Of a stretch of DNA of 64,000 nucleotides, positions 61,977 through 64,000 are shown in pieces; the stretch's first letter is position 1, and each line of letters starts with the position of its first letter. The position numbers were made by a program, and so were the translations under genes. Where the stretch lies: NCBI GenBank assembly GCA_963796275.1, contig CAWCKY010000007.1, forward strand, positions 32,001 through 96,000. The letters run 5' to 3'. A model generated the notes under the pieces. It ran no database searches, was not told the DNA's origin, and saw only the letters and a list, made by a program, of their open reading frames with translations. The stretch comes from an uncultured Acidobacteriota bacterium (GTDB lineage Bacteria; Acidobacteriota; Blastocatellia; RBC074).

Positions 61977-63024
61977 TTAGGCTGAAAGTTGCAACACCTT
62001 GTACCAGGTTTTTCCGCCGTCAACCGTCCGATAAACATTTCTTCGAGAAAGTACCCATCCATTCTGAGGATCCTGAAAAGTAAATTAATTCATAAAAGAC
62101 CTCATTATGTTTAATATTCATTTCCTTCCAACTTTTACCGCCATCGATAGTTTGCAACACAATGCCACCTTTGTTTTCAGACACATCAACCTCTGAACCC
62201 CATCCAACAGCCCATCCCAGCTTTGCGTCCACAAAATAGATAGTTTTTATTTTCCAACCTTCTCCTGGAATCGAAAAAGACAAAGGACGCCACCTTCTCC
62301 CACCATCTAGAGTCCTGTATAACTCTCCTCTTAGCCCCTTAACCCACCCCACGATTTTAGAAACAAAGAAAACATTCGTATACTCCGTTTCTTCTGACCC
62401 TACTTCGATTTCTTCCCAGCTTTCGCCACCGTTCTTAGTATGATACATAATTCCATATTCTCCACCTATCCATCCTTCGTTGGAATCGAGAAAGAAGAGG
62501 GAGTAAAAATGATAGTGTTCTTGTGTTGGAGGAGCATGCTCACGCCAAGTTTTTCCTCCATCAACAGTTCGCCAAATCGTGAAAGGCCCCAATACCCACC
62601 CGTGCAATTTGTCCGCGAATTTTAAGCCTACAGATGAAACGAAAGATGGGGTGTTTGCTCTAAGCCTATTCCAGGTCAGCCCACCATCTTCAGTTATCCA
62701 CAAATTTCCAAATTTATTTATTACCCAGCCATTATTTTCATCAACAAAGCTAAGTAGATCGAATCCATCAACAGTACCAGCAGCTATTTTATTCCACTTC
62801 CCACCTCCATCCTGAGTAACCAATAGATCACCCTCCTTCGACACGATCCACGCGTGATCCTTTCCTCTAAATTCAGCGCAAAGTGGTTGTGCGTAAGAGA
62901 CTTCCTGGTCAGCAGTATTTGCATCATTAGTCTTCACCGATTTTGGTTGCGATGATTCACAACACGATGAGATAGCGACGAAAACTAATAACACATACAA
63001 TAGGTGCTTCACTTTCTCTCTCAT
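61977..63024 (-). CDS. YCF48/BNR-repeat beta-propeller lipoprotein, frameshift at ~62072
   Basis: Lipobox ISS-C and repeated F.D...GW and T.DGG.TW motifs. Removing one G restores FSDPQNGWVLSRRNVYRTVDGGKTWYKVLQLSA*. Confidence 0.82.
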
Positions 63025-63147
63025 TCAGGTGCTCCAAATAAACTTTGGCAGAATCTACGAATAACCCACATGGTAAAAGCTAAGGCTAGACTTCTCTACC
63101 TCTCGGGAGCATATCCAATTGTAGGTGATATGTATAACGGGTTCATA

Positions 63148-64000
63148 TCAATATCGGTATCTTGGTTTCGGTAATTTAGCACCCTCAATGCAGTTTAGAT
63201 AAACAATTGCGTCAACTTCGGAGTCTGATTTGACGTATTCATGTGGATTGGAGGCATGATGGGTATATTTTCCCGTCGCATGCGACAACTCATGAAGCCA
63301 AACTGCTGTTTGCATCTGAACACGATCTAGGTCCACAAGTTGCCTACCAACTCGTATGGTCGTTCCATCTCTTTGAGAGAAGTAACGAGCATATAACATG
63401 ATTTTTGCGTCCCCTCCTATTCCCGTTGTTTGCGCTGCGGCATTTGGATTACCACTGGGGATAAGCTGGTCAGGGGCATAGCCCGTATTCCCACTGTTCC
63501 TAATAGTATCCAGTAATTCAGCTGGATCTGGAAACTTATTCGACCCGATCGCCTCTCTACATCTCCTAGCTAGATCATTGTTACCAGATAATATGGATTT
63601 TGCATTGAGGTATCCCATATAATACTCATGATGAGTTGGTATCTTATTTCGTTGTGTCCATGGTGCACGTTGTTGCAAACTACCCAAGGACCCTGAGAAA
63701 AAGTTTGAAATGGTTACTTTATACTGTATACTCCCATAGATATCGATCCCCCAATCATTCTCCTTCCAGTAGTCTTTCGCATTGTCAGTATAATCAGGTG
63801 TAATTGACAATCCAGGAACCGAGGTACTCGCAATCCCAGTTGGGGTCGCAATTTGATCGATACTGGCTGACCCATGTGATATCAATCCGATAGTCTGCTC
63901 ACATGGCGTTTGTATACCATCCAAATAACAGTCCAATCCCATACTGCCAGCAGGATTGCTATAACCGTAAGGAGAGGCAGACCCTCCTGAATTGTCATTG
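63148..64000 (-). CDS. C-terminal part of a probable Rhs/polymorphic toxin with HExxH metallopeptidase domain (runs off window)
   Basis: The frame is open to the window end (NDNSGGSASPYGYSNPAGSMGLDCYLDGIQTPC). AAAQT...IMLY...F...VWLHELSHATG gives a zincin motif. Low GC. Confidence 0.6.
   Translation of the reverse strand, partial: NDNSGGSASPYGYSNPAGSMGLDCYLDGIQTPCEQTIGLISHGSASIDQIATPTGIASTSVPGLSITPDYTDNAKDYWKENDWGIDIYGSIQYKVTISNFFSGSLGSLQQRAPWTQRNKIPTHHEYYMGYLNAKSILSGNNDLARRCREAIGSNKFPDPAELLDTIRNSGNTGYAPDQLIPSGNPNAAAQTTGIGGDAKIMLYARYFSQRDGTTIRVGRQLVDLDRVQMQTAVWLHELSHATGKYTHHASNPHEYVKSDSEVDAIVYLNCIEGAKLPKPRYRY

Overview
Bacterial genomic window, most likely Acidobacteriota (Blastocatellia-like). 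This is inferred from the ADOP permease with a padR remnant, the Oar-type TonB-dependent receptor and the intergenic repeat families. The highlight is bases 1-12.2 kb: a same-strand terpenoid cluster in which six mevalonate-pathway genes (HMGR, HMGS, IDI-2, PMK-like kinase, MVD, MVK) are interleaved with three terpene cyclases. These are a class II cyclase with a degenerate NGDCT acid motif, a canonical class I synthase, and an unusual 661-aa fusion of a HAD-terpene-cyclase-type class II beta domain (with no HAD domain) to a class I alpha domain. A 30-bp imperfect direct repeat brackets the MVA operon. Downstream lie bioB, an M36 peptidase, and a two-component cluster with two sigma54 promoters that share paired upstream boxes. 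Next come carbohydrate-active genes (GH87-like, a membrane-anchored CBM9/DNRLRE sensor with an orphan solute-binding protein, PL11-like, GH127, TBDR) and a decayed region (GH30 deletion, ADOP fragment, padR pseudogene). The window ends with two GT-C membrane proteins and polymorphic toxin/immunity-like genes. Several genes carry single-base frameshifts that may be sequencing errors. No rRNA, tRNA, CRISPR array or intact transposase was seen. All family calls come from motif recognition by eye, not database searches.
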